A DNA stretch of 63,782 nucleotides, counting the filler, from Octopus bimaculoides (lineage: Eukaryota), in NCBI RefSeq assembly GCF_001194135.2. It is 13 parts of 13 records of this genome, joined end to end, with 100 filler letters (N's around TTAATTAATTAA, not from the genome) between each part and the next. Parts side by side here need not be neighbours in the genome. Positions count along the whole stretch, not along the records: positions 35,326 to 38,129 come from NC_069003.1; positions 38,230 to 45,292 come from NC_069002.1; positions 45,393 to 47,702 come from NC_068990.1; positions 47,803 to 49,782 come from NW_026426816.1; 9 more parts are not named here. One strand, 5' to 3'. How positions within the stretch are numbered: the stretch's first letter is position 1; the number at the start of each line of letters is the position of its first letter. The position numbers and the translations under genes were made by a program. Shown one piece after another: positions 37,390 through 49,700 of the stretch. Under the pieces are notes generated by a model. It saw only the letters and a program-made list of their open reading frames with translations, made no database searches and had not been told where the DNA came from.

Positions 37390-37950
37390 AAATGGCAAAA
37401 AAAGGCTTGGGGACGTCAGGAAAACAGGTCTGGCTCGGTAGGTGTCGCAGTGTATCACAGGCTGGGCCCAGTCGTCATCTTGCCACTGTGGTCAAACAAT
37501 CTTCAAAAAGAAGAAAATATAAACATCCTCTGAATTTTGGCTGTTGGAATGTGCGCACACTTCTCTATAATAATTTCAACAAGAAGCCAGAAAGGCGTAC
37601 TGCACTTATTGCATGCGAGCTTAAAAGATATTCCCTTGATATAGCTGCGCTCTCTGAAACTCGTCTGTCTGGTGAGGGTCAAATAAATGAACCTACTTAT
37701 GGATATACTATCTTTTGGAGAGGCCTACCTGAGGGTCAGCGTAGAGAATCTGGTGTTGGGTTTGTTCTCAAGAATTGATTAGTATCCGCCATTACAGAAT
37801 TTCCAAGTGGTATATCTGAACGAACCATGTCATGCCGTATAAAACTGACAAAAGGTAGGTTTCTTACCGTTGTCAGTATTTATGTACCAACAATGTCTCG
37901 TTCTGATCAAACTGTAGGACAGTTTTATGATGATCTAGTACAATTATTGA
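37390..37950 (+). mobile_element. RTE/BovB-like LINE 5' fragment (APE endonuclease), truncated by a SINE
   Basis: FGCWNVRTLL...ERRTALIACELKRYSLDIAALSETRLSGEGQ...GVGF...ISER.MSCRI...VSIYVPT. Confidence 0.92.
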
Positions 37951-40346
37951 GTACCAATTTCTTATTTCTTTATTGCCCACAAGGGGCTAAACATAGAGGG
38001 GACAAACAAGGACAGACAAAGGGATTAAGTCTATTAGATCGACCCCGGTGCGCAACTGGTACTTAATTTATCGACCCCGAAAGGATGAAAGGTAAAGTCG
38101 ACTTCGGCGGAATTTGAACTCAGAACGTANNNNNNNNNNNNNNNNNNNNNNNNNNNNNNNNNNNNNNNNNNNNTTAATTAATTAANNNNNNNNNNNNNNN
38201 NNNNNNNNNNNNNNNNNNNNNNNNNNNNNTTTCTGGCGCAAGAGTCTATGTGGCCACTGAGTGGAATTTGGCGGTGTTGTGGGAGATTTATTTGTTCTTT
38301 ATGGACTGCTACTCTTCTACGCAAAGGGAGGCTCGTCTGTCCGATATAGTTGTGTTGGCAACCTGCGCATGTGAGGACATAAATGAGGTTCCCAGAGGAA
38401 CAAGAAAGATTGGTGTTGATTTTAAATTTTGTTCCTCGTTTGAAGGAAAATTCAGAGCCTTTAAGTAGGTAGGGGCAGGTACCACAGTTAGGGCGTGCAC
38501 ATTTTTTAACTTATGGGGGCGGAAGTGGTGTATGTAGTTTGGCATTGGTTAAGAGTTTTTTCCAAAGATTTGTGTTGCCTTTTGCAATATATACAAAATC
38601 CACTCACAAGGCTTTTGTTGGCCCGAGACTAAGGTAAAAGACACTTACCCAAGGTGCCACGCAGTGGGACTGAACCCGGAGCCATGTTGATCGTCATCTT
38701 TCTCCTCACGTGCTAATTTCTTGATCGATTAAATAATGAGAGTGTTTCATCCAGAAGTGCTGTAATTCTACATTACGGATGTAAAGATGTTAACATAAAT
38801 GTGAATAGGCGCATGTGCATATATGTATCTATATATGTACGTATGTAAGTGTGTTTGTATGCATGTATGTACGTACGTAAGTATGTTTGTATGCATGTAT
38901 GTATGTATGTATCTATGTATGTATGTAAATAAATAACAGATGGTTCATTCACTACANNNNNNNNNNNNNNNNNNNNNNNNNNNNNNNNNNNNNNNNNNNN
39001 NNNNNNNNNNNNNNNNNNNNNNNNNNNNNNNNNNNNNNNNNNNNNNNNNNNNNNNNNNNNNNNNNNNNNNNNNNNNNNNNNNNNNNNNNNNNNNNNNNNN
39101 NNNNNNNNNNNNNNNNNNNNNNNNNNNNNNNNNNNNNNNNNNNNNNNNNNNNNNNNNNNNNNNNNNNNNNNNNNNNNNNNNNNNNNNNNNNNNNNNNNNN
39201 NNNNNNNNNNNNNNNNNNNNNNNNNNNNNNNNNNNNNNNNNNNNNNNNNNNNNNNNNNNNNNNNNNNNNNNNNNNNNNNNNNNNNNNNNNNNNNNNNNNN
39301 NNNNNNNNNNNNNNNNNNNNNNNNNNNNNNNNNNNNNNNNNNNNNNNNNNNNNNNNNNNNNNNNNNNNNNNNNNNNNNNNNNNNNNNNNNNNNNNNNNNN
39401 NNNNNNNNNNNNNNNNNNNNNNNNNNNNNNNNNNNNNNNNNNNNNNNNNNNNNNNNNNNNNNNNNNNNNNNNNNNNNNNNNNNNNNNNNNNNNNNNNNNN
39501 NNNNNNNNNNNNNNNNNNNNNNNNNNNNNNNNNNNNNNNNNNNNNNNNNNNNNNNNNNNNNNNNNNNNNNNNNNNNNNNNNNNNNNNNNNNNNNNNNNNN
39601 NNNNNNNNNNNNNNNNNNNNNNNNNNNNNNNNNNNNNNNNNNNNNNNNNNNNNNNNNNNNNNNNNNNNNNNNNNNNNNNNNNNNNNNNNNNNNNNNNNNN
39701 NNNNNNNNNNNNNNNNNNNNNNNNNNNNNNNNNNNNNNNNNNNNNNNNNNNNNNNNNNNNNNNNNNNNNNNNNNNNNNNNNNNNNNNNNNNNNNNNNNNN
39801 NNNNNNNNNNNNNNNNNNNNNNNNTGTATGTATCTATGTATGTATGTAAATAAATAACAGATGGTTCATTCACTACAGCTGTTTTCAACCAGTTTTTATT
39901 GATGAACAGAGATGTTACATTATGCGAAATCAAACCGGATTACACATTTAAAAAACAATCCAAAAATCACCAGTTCGTTCCACTTAACGATTCCCTTACC
40001 AGTAATAATCAAAAGAATGAATTTGCTTGCTCAATTTAATAGTTGATATAGGAAAAACATTACGGTGACAGGAAGGAAAGGGGAGAGCATTTATAACTGT
40101 AATGTATGTACGTAGCTAGCTGTATATGTACCTATGTATCATTACAATTTTATTCTCTTATTAAACGGTTTATCCATCTCATGTGAATTAATTATGCATT
40201 TTCATGTATTAATCGATTATATGAGCAAAAATATTTGTATTTCACTCATTGAAACAGCTGTAGTATTTAAAATGAAATTTTATATGAAATTTGATTCTTT
40301 TACTATTCTATATATGTGTGTGTATGTATACATATAAATTAATTAC

Positions 40347-40419
<73 letters not shown>

Positions 40420-41025
40420 NNNNNNNNNNNNNNNNNNNNNNNNNNNNNNNNNNNNNNNNNNNNNNNNNNNNNNNNNNNNNNNNNNNNNNNNNNNNNNNNN
40501 NNNNNNNNNNNNNNNNNNNNNNNNNNNNNNNNNNNNNNNNNNNNNNNNNNNNNNNNNNNNNNNNNNNNNNNNNNNNNNNNNNNNNNNNNNNNNNNNNNNN
40601 NNNNNNNNNNNNNNNNNNNNNNNNNNNNNNNNNNNNNNNNNNNNNNNNNNNNNNNNNNNNNNNNNNNNNNNNNNNNNNNNNNNNNNNNNNNNNNNNNNNN
40701 NNNNNNNNNNNNNNNNNNNNNNNNNNNNNNNNNNNNNNNNNNNNNNNNNNNNNNNNNNNNNNNNNNNNNNNNNNNNNNNNNNNNNNNNNNNNNNNNNNNN
40801 NNNNNNNNNNNNNNNNNNNNNNNNNNNNNNNNNNNNNNNNNNNNNNNNNNNNNNNNNNNNNNNNNNNNNNNNNNNNNNNNNNNNNNNNNNNNNNNNNNNN
40901 NNNNNNNNNNNNNNNNNNNNNNNNNNNNNNNNNNNNNNNNNNNNNNNNNNNNNNNNNNNNNNNNNNNNNNNNNNNNNNNNNNNNNNNNNNNNNNNNNNNN
41001 NNNNNNNNNNNNNNNNNNNNNNNNN

Positions 41026-41085
<60 letters not shown>

Positions 41086-41674
41086 ATAAGATGTTAATAT
41101 TCTATTAGTAACTAGATATTAGCTTTGCTCTCACATGTCTTCTATGATATTGTGTTGTAGGATTTAATTATTCCACGTTCATATGTTAATTCTCAAGCCA
41201 GGTATATTTGGATCCCCGCCGTTTAACGAAAAGGATTCAGGGCTACGGTCAATGGGATATCCTGCCCTTGAATTAACGTGTGACATCTGGCTGAGTATTC
41301 GGCAGTCACGTGTAGCCTTAAAGTAATTCTCAGCCAAAAATCAGAGAATTTCTAATATAATCCACCCAATGGGATTCCATGCAGTTTCCGTCAACCCGGC
41401 GTCACACGCAAGGTATTTGGCCAATGTGAGGCCATAGAAAATGACACTTGTCTAAGATGTAACGCAGTGAGATCGACCCCGAATCGAACTTCTTAACCGT
41501 TCAGCCATACTACGCTAAAAAATTTATAGGAACAAAATACTAAGAAGAGAAAAGTCCTTTTGTGTAACAGTCAAGTCCAAACGGAAGTTATTAATTGATA
41601 TTATTAGTCATTTTCAAGTCGGTGCCCCAGCATGGCCGCAGTCTAATGACTGAAATAAGTAAAAGATAAAAGAT

Positions 41675-42105
41675 ATGAAGGCAACGATTTGGCTGAACCG
41701 TTGGCACGCCGGGTAAAATATTTATCTGCATTTCGTCTGTCATTACATTCTAAGTTCAAACTTCACCGCGGTCGGCTTTGCTTTTCATCCTTTAAGGGTT
41801 CGATAAAACAAGTACCAGTTGTGCACAGTGGTCGATATAACTCCGCCCTCGAAATTGTTGACCTTGTGCCAAAACTGGAAACCGATATTAGCATAATCAT
41901 ATGGACATAGTGAGCTGGCAGAACCGTTAGCACGCCGGGCAAATTGATTAGCGGCATTTCGTCCGTCATCACATTCTGCGTTCAAATTCCACCGCGGTCG
42001 ACTATGCCTTTCACTCTTTCGGGGTCGATAAAACAAGTACTAGTGGTGCACTAGTTGCCCCATCGTTCGAAAATGCCGGCATTGGGCCAGAATTTGAAAC
42101 CGGTA
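41675..42105 (+). mobile_element. Two tandem SINE family A copies
   Basis: Matches to the family A consensus. Confidence 0.8.
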
Positions 42106-42593
42106 TTAGCAAGTATATGATACTAGAAAAAACATGTAATTACCGCATAGATAGTGACTGCTAAAAACGATTTTCTTTTAAAATGAAGATTAAAATCTAA
42201 ATAAGAAGAAAAAACACATACAGAACATAATGACTATCAATATGGAATGAAGACGAATTTAATCAGTCTAAAGAATTACCGGAAGAACTCTACCGAATTA
42301 ACAAGAAAACACATTATCTTAAGACAACCAGAGAAAACCTACGTATACATCAGCGACGGTGTTGTGTTGGAAAGTAGACTTAGAAAAATATTTTCGCTAT
42401 AGTAGTGAAGAGTTTGCCGAAGAAATAATTAGAAGAATTAGTGAGAATTCATATTCTTAGCCATTATTCAATATAAATAACAAAATATATCAGGTATTAC
42501 AACATTATTAGTCAAAACATTTACGAAATATTCAATTAGAAAAATGAGAGAATGCATTACAAAATAATTACATACATACATGTATATATATAC

Positions 42594-42629
<36 letters not shown>

Positions 42630-43615
42630 NNNNNNNNNNNNNNNNNNNNNNNNNNNNNNNNNNNNNNNNNNNNNNNNNNNNNNNNNNNNNNNNNNNNNNN
42701 NNNNNNNNNNNNNNNNNNNNNNNNNNNNNNNNNNNNNNNNNNNNNNNNNNNNNNNNNNNNNNNNNNNNNNNNNNNNNNNNNNNNNNNNNNNNNNNNNNNN
42801 NNNNNNNNNNNNNNNNNNNNNNNNNNNNNNNNNNNNNNNNNNNNNNNNNNNNNNNNNNNNNNNNNNNNNNNNNNNNNNNNNNNNNNNNNNNNNNNNNNNN
42901 NNNNNNNNNNNNNNNNNNNNNNNNNNNNNNNNNNNNNNNNNNNNNNNNNNNNNNNNNNNNNNNNNNNNNNNNNNNNNNNNNNNNNNNNNNNNNNNNNNNN
43001 NNNNNNNNNNNNNNNNNNNNNNNNNNNNNNNNNNNNNNNNNNNNNNNNNNNNNNNNNNNNNNNNNNNNNNNNNNNNNNNNNNNNNNNNNNNNNNNNNNNN
43101 NNNNNNNNNNNNNNNNNNNNNNNNNNNNNNNNNNNNNNNNNNNNNNNNNNNNNNNNNNNNNNNNNNNNNNNNNNNNNNNNNNNNNNNNNNNNNNNNNNNN
43201 NNNNNNNNNNNNNNNNNNNNNNNNNNNNNNNNNNNNNNNNNNNNNNNNNNNNNNNNNNNNNNNNNNNNNNNNNNNNNNNNNNNNNNNNNNNNNNNNNNNN
43301 NNNNNNNNNNNNNNNNNNNNNNNNNNNNNNNNNNNNNNNNNNNNNNNNNNNNNNNNNNNNNNNNNNNNNNNNNNNNNNNNNNNNNNNNNNNNNNNNNNNN
43401 NNNNNNNNNNNNNNNNNNNNNNNNNNNNNNNNNNNNNNNNNNNNNNNNNNNNNNNNNNNNNNNNNNNNNNNNNNNNNNNNNNNNNNNNNNNNNNNNNNNN
43501 NNNNNNNNNNNNNNNNNNNNNNNNNNNNNNNNNNNNNNNNNNNNNNNNNNNNNNNNNNNNNNNNNNNNNNNNNNNNNNNNNNNNNNNNNNNNNNNNNNNN
43601 NNNNNNNNNNNNNNN

Positions 43616-43654
<39 letters not shown>

Positions 43655-43657
<3 letters not shown>

Positions 43658-44400
43658 GGGGTTTAGTTCATAGGTGATCTAAATGATTAGGTATGCTAGG
43701 TAAATGCTGTAACGGATCACTGGGGTTCCAAGATTATAGTCGAGGCGGTAGTTATGGAGCCATTGCACTACACAAATCCTATAGGACGGCCCCACAATCA
43801 GCGCTGGATACCATCAATAACTACGCTAACTGCTATGACCAAGCTCTAGCTGCTTGTGGTTTCTTCTAGAAAATTAGATTTATACCCAACACTAGACTTA
43901 AGGAACATCTCTCGAATCTCAGCTCTGGAGAAACGCGCACGAATATTAGAAACCGAATCTCTCCTACTACGATCAGTCAATCTCGCCCACTTAGCACCTG
44001 CATGCACAACACTCGATCTACAAACACTAATGCTAACATTAAATTTTCCAACTCTCTTCTAGCATTCTCTTTGAATTACACCTCCCCTAACTTGCCTAAT
44101 AAAAGCGGCAGGAGATCTATTCTCTGGTATACACTTCCATTCGCTTTAAACGTTAAGGGCCTCGCTAAAGCTTTCTTTAGAATAGTAGAATCCAACTTCC
44201 CACATAACCATAAGTACCGTTCTACCTTTAACAGATCCCCTTTGAAATTGTCTTATTCATCTACACCAAATATAGAATCTATTATTACCTCATATAATAA
44301 ACGCAAACTTAGTCCTTACTATCTAAATACATACAACCCTACCACAGACACACACAATGAAAGCACAAACACCGATCGCAATAACATACCTAACACTAAT
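43655..44400 (+). mobile_element. Penelope-like RT C-terminal/linker fragment
   Basis: YDQALAACGF...RRSILWYTLPF...FFRIVESNFPHNHKYRSTFNR..LKLSYSSTPNIESII..YNKRKL fits the PLE IIWFNPP..FP..H....FN..T.K.SYS..PN linker. Confidence 0.8.
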
Positions 44401-46499
44401 GGCCCGACCATTTTAAGCAAGTTAAACAGATATAATATAATCCCCACCTCTTTCAGTTTCCCTCTACGAAACCCACTCACAAGGCTTTGGTCGGCCCGAG
44501 GCCATTTGGCTGGTAAGCAAGCTACTTACCACACACACGTATGTATGTATGTATGTAGGTCGGTAGGTAGGTATGTATGTATTATATATTAGTTTTTCAT
44601 TGTTTCAGTTCTTGAGCTATAATCATGCTTTGGCAATGCCTTCAAGGGTTTTGGTCGAACAAATGTACCCTGTACTTCCTTTTGCTGCTTTGCAGATTCC
44701 CATAGTTCTCTCTCGCCATCCTGTTCCATCATTATAAACTTGAATTGGGAGCTTCAGTCAAAGTGAATCTTTCATTAGCTCATAATGCAACCACGTGGAT
44801 GCCACCCCCTGAGATGCCACCCCCTGTGGATGCTTTACAGTTACTCTCTTGATTGAGCTTCATTGTCCTGACCGTTGATCTAGGATTCCTCCCCGCTCAG
44901 CATTAATGTAAGACGCACTGTTTGTTCAGTTGAGCTCTTCCGCAACCTCTTCACAATCCGCCATGCTGCAGTCCTATGACCACGCTGTACCCCTGACATG
45001 ATGGCTGAACGGGTGGTGTGCCTAGCCAAAGGCCAACCCGTAGGTATGCATCACACAGTTGTCACTTCGTGTGATATCTTCAAAATACCCAAATAAGTAG
45101 CCTGGTGATTTTTTAAAGCCTACTACAATCTTTTCTCTTTTGCCAAACACAAATACAAAGACACACACGCACACGCACGCACGCACACACACGGACACAC
45201 ACACACACACTCTGGACAGACAAGCGAAATGAGAAGTTAGTACACATCCATAGACAATTAAATCGCCCAACTTATATATATATATATATATANNNNNNNN
45301 NNNNNNNNNNNNNNNNNNNNNNNNNNNNNNNNNNNNTTAATTAATTAANNNNNNNNNNNNNNNNNNNNNNNNNNNNNNNNNNNNNNNNNNNNATATACAC
45401 GACGGGCTTTTTTAGTTTTAACCAACAAGCTGTCGCCATTTTTATCATTGTTTTGCTCCCAGGTCAGCTGTAATTGAGCAGACTTATGATCAAAGGTGTT
45501 CCAGCCATGACCAACCTATTTTTATATTCAAGACCACATTATTCAAAGCATCCTTTCCATTTTAAGATGGCAGAGTGAGATTTGTTGGAGAGCAAGACAT
45601 TTTTAGCAAATCAAGCAATTGTCCTCAGTATGACTATAAGCTGTATCTGGTAGTGGAGCCTTGGTTCGGAAGTTCCAGGGTTTTGAAGAGTGTAGAATCA
45701 CTTCTTAGCCACTATTGTTCCCTGTCAGAGCTCCCAGCTGTAGGTTAATTAGCATATAAATCGAGATCAGCTGTGAATATGGGAAGTCTTAGCACTCGAC
45801 CCGAGTCAGAGTTACGTTGAAATCGTGAGATGCAACATGGTAGAAGTGAATTATTTTGGCAGATATATTTATTGAATCAATGGTAAATATATCACTAGAC
45901 GCTGAGCGGATGAGCAGACAACAAACCGTCAACGGCCAGGACGAACTAGTTAAGTTGACGCACTACAGCTATCATCTGTAGTCATGACATGCGCAGATGA
46001 AACTATACAGCTATCTAAAGAACAATATGATTTACTGCCCCGGGCAAGTTGTCCGGCCGGATAATGATGATGGAGTGGTTCCTTCCCCCATTGACTGTTT
46101 CCCCATTCTTTATCAGTAGCGCATCTGGCATTCTTACCGCCGTTGCCGGACAAATTTCGTCTGCTATTTTCATAGTTGTGCTATTAAATACAGTACGTCC
46201 ATAAGATATATCATCTCCAGACGAATAATGCATTTAATTTGCCTTTTCGCGATGTATTTACATTAAGTATGATACACAGATAAATAAATAAGTAAAGTGG
46301 AAACTGAACCGGTGTGTTAAAACAGAATGACTCTCCTCAGACACCACAAGATATGCTTCAACACACGAATTCATTTAAAGTATCTTGCAAACCAAATACA
46401 AAAACGAAATACAATAATGTTTCCTGGTTGATTTTTTTTTCCTCCGGTTTTGTTGGAACTTTGCATGCGTAGCGGGCTTGCTACCTGCAGCCTATGGTA

Positions 46500-47125
46500 C
46501 AATACTGTTTGTTCTTTTCAACTATCTAAAATTTTCCTGATTATTCTAACTGTACCAAGGAGGCAAACCTTTTGTAACAGCTCTACTGGACACTCTATTC
46601 CGATTTCTTTTATATTCTTCTTGTTACCTTCTGATACTATCTCCAAGGACCCAAAAATAATTGGCACTATCTTCACCTTCTTCATTTTCCATAGCCGGGC
46701 TATTTCATACCTAAGAGGATTGTATATGTTTATTTTAAATCTTGACTGTTTGTGGGTCAAAAAGGCACACAACATCACTTACATAGCACATGTGGTTCAC
46801 CTTGTCACAACCACTAGGTCCGACTTGTTATACTCTAGCACCCGAGCTGTTTGGATTGAGAAACCCCACAGGATTTTGCAGATCTCCGACTCCGCCACTC
46901 TTTACGGTTTGTGCTCACACCACGTCTTGCCTTTCTCTAGACCCCACTTTTCACATAGTTTCCAATGTATCACTTTCGCTACCTCATCGTGTCACTACAA
47001 CGTATGGGCTTTGGGCAAGTCTAGGGCATTCATTCTCGATATGAGCAATGGTTTCGTCCATTCTATTACAGATGCGGCACAGTGGAGACACTTGCTCATT
47101 CCTAAGGTTGGCCCTCCAATTTGTG
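46500..47125 (-). mobile_element. R4/Dong-clade element 3' fragment
   Basis: HDEVAKVIHWKLCEKWG...KILW.F.IQT...YEIARLWKMKKVKIVPIIFGSL...LLQKVCLLGTVRIIRKILD*. Confidence 0.88.
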
Positions 47126-47478
47126 GCTAGAGCTTGGTCTTGCACTGCCCGTATCGTGAACGGAAAGAACTGAAAGAGAAAGCATGAAATATTTTAATAA
47201 TAATAATAATTATAATCCTTTCTTCTATAGGCACAAGGCCTGAAATTTTGCGGGAGGTGGTAAGTCGATTATATCGATCCTAGTGCTCAACTGGTACTTA
47301 TTTCATCGACCCCGAAAGGGTGAAAGGCAAAGTCGACCTCGGCGAAATTTGAACTCAGAATCTAAAGACAGACGAAATGCCGTTAAGCATTTTGCCCGGG
47401 GTGCTAACGATTCTGAAAGCTCGCTGCATTAAATAATAACAACAACAACAACAACAACAACAACAACTATTATTATTA

Positions 47479-47525
<47 letters not shown>

Positions 47526-48074
47526 GAGTGAGAGAGCAGTGCATGCCATCAAAGTGGCACTGGGGTGAAATATACGAAGCCCAGTATACCCATCATGACT
47601 ACCCGTCTGATAAGGGTACACCAGGCACATGCATCACAACCATATGCGCGCGACATGGTGATCTCATATCAAGATAAACAGCGCATGACCTCGCAGGTGG
47701 GGNNNNNNNNNNNNNNNNNNNNNNNNNNNNNNNNNNNNNNNNNNNNTTAATTAATTAANNNNNNNNNNNNNNNNNNNNNNNNNNNNNNNNNNNNNNNNNN
47801 NNAGGTCGACTTTGCCTTTCATCCTTTCGGAGTCGATAAAATGAGTACCAGTGAAACACTGGGTTGATGTAATCGACTCGTCCTCTCCCCGCAAATTGCT
47901 GCCCTTGTAGCAAAATTTGAAACCATTATTGTTATTATTATTATTTTTATTGTTATCATCATCATCATCATCATCGTCATATGTATGTGTGTGTCCAGGT
48001 ATGTGTCAAATACCTATAGTCCTATAACTCACTTTTCTTGACATCACTTGATCTCTGTATTCTCTGTTATGTAG

Positions 48075-48127
48075 GATGGACAACCAGTCTGGAAATTATT
48101 GCGCCAACTACATTTCACTAGACGGTG
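48075..48127 (+). CDS. Candidate 53-nt micro-exon, unassigned
   Basis: Pyrimidine tract plus TAG acceptor and G|GTAAGT donor; two open frames (MDNQSGNYCANYISLDG or DGQPVWKLLRQLHFTRR); no recognisable homology. Confidence 0.2.
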
Positions 48128-48699
48128 GTAAGTCATTTATTTTGCCTCTCTTCACTGTCCATTCCCTGTCTGTCTGTTACTCCCCCATCCCATGTATCAT
48201 TGTCTCTCCCCACCATATCTGTCTGTCTGTCTGTGTGTTTGTCTGTTGTCTCCTTTTATGTGACTGTCTGTTTTCTTTGCTGATCTGTCTATCCTTGTGT
48301 TTCATGCACCCACACCTGTATATGTCAAGTGTTCCTACACCTCTCTATATCCAGTATTACTTCCTTATATTTCAATAGCCCCCACAACAATACTTCCATA
48401 TGCCCAGTGCTAACCTAGTGTACCTTTATGGTCCATAACACTTATTATATGCCCAGTACTACTCTGCTGTATCCCCCACATCTCTGCGTTCAGTTTCACC
48501 CCACTCTCTGTACCCTACATATTATGTCTGTATGTCCAGCATTTACCCTACAATATTCTTATATCCTCACACTACTACATGTCCAGTGTTAGCCTACTAT
48601 ATCCTTATATTGACACGCTACGATATGTCTAATGTGTCCCCANNNNNNNNNNNNNNNNNNNNNNNNNNNNNNCTTCCTTCTGTCAGCACTACTCCACAC

Positions 48700-49700
48700 C
48701 TCATTACATTCATGTCCAAACCTATATGTGTCCACAGTCACCCTACTATATATATATGTCAATCCACTCTACTGTATCTTCTGTGTTATCCCCACTATAT
48801 CTCCATGTCCCACATCTCTATATGTCTAAAGTTACCCTACTATATATATATCTATGTCCCCACTCCACTATATGTCCTGTGTTACCCCTCTATATCTCTG
48901 TACCACACCTCTATATGTCCAAAGTTACCCTACCATATATATTCATATATATATGCATGTGTGTGTGTGTGTTCGCGTGTATGTGTGCGTGTATGNNNNN
49001 NNNNNGCGTGTATGTGTGCGTGTATGTCCACACCACTATCCTGACTATATCGTTATATCTCACACTCCTACATATCCAAAATTACCCTCCTACCCTGTAT
49101 TACCCCACTGTCTCTATGTCCCATACCTCTGTATATGCAAAATTACCCTATTATATATATATATGTTCCCCCACCCCACTGTATGTCCTGTGTTACCCCC
49201 ACTATATCTCTGTGTTCCACACCTTTATATGTCCAGAGTTAACCTACTATATATATTGTACCCATTCCATTATATGTCCTGTGTTACCCCACTATATCTC
49301 TATGCCCCATATTTTTATATGTCCAGAATTGCCCTACTATATATATGTGTACCTACTCCACTATATGTCCTGTGTTACCTCACTATATCTCTGTCCCACA
49401 CCTTTATATGTCCAGAGTTACCCTACTATATATATGTGTCCCCACTCCACTATATGTCCTGTGTTACCTCACTATATCTCTGTCCCACACCTGTATATGT
49501 CCAGAATTACCCTACTATATATTTTGTACCCATTCCACTATATGTCCTATGTTACCCCACTATATCTCTATGTCCCACACCTTTATATGTCCAAAGTTAC
49601 CCTACTATATATATACATGTGTCCCCACTCCAATATACGTCCTGTGTTACCACACTATACCTCTATGTCCCTCACCTCTATATGTCCATTGTTACTCCAC
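48700..49700. repeat. ~90-bp minisatellite array
   Basis: cccactccactatatgtcctgtgttacc recurs at ~48859, 49261, 49352, 49441, 49529 and 49624. Confidence 0.9.

Noticed and set aside
38878-39874. Identical ~50-bp sequence on both sides of an ~870-N gap
   Set aside because: Most likely an unmerged contig overlap (assembly artefact).
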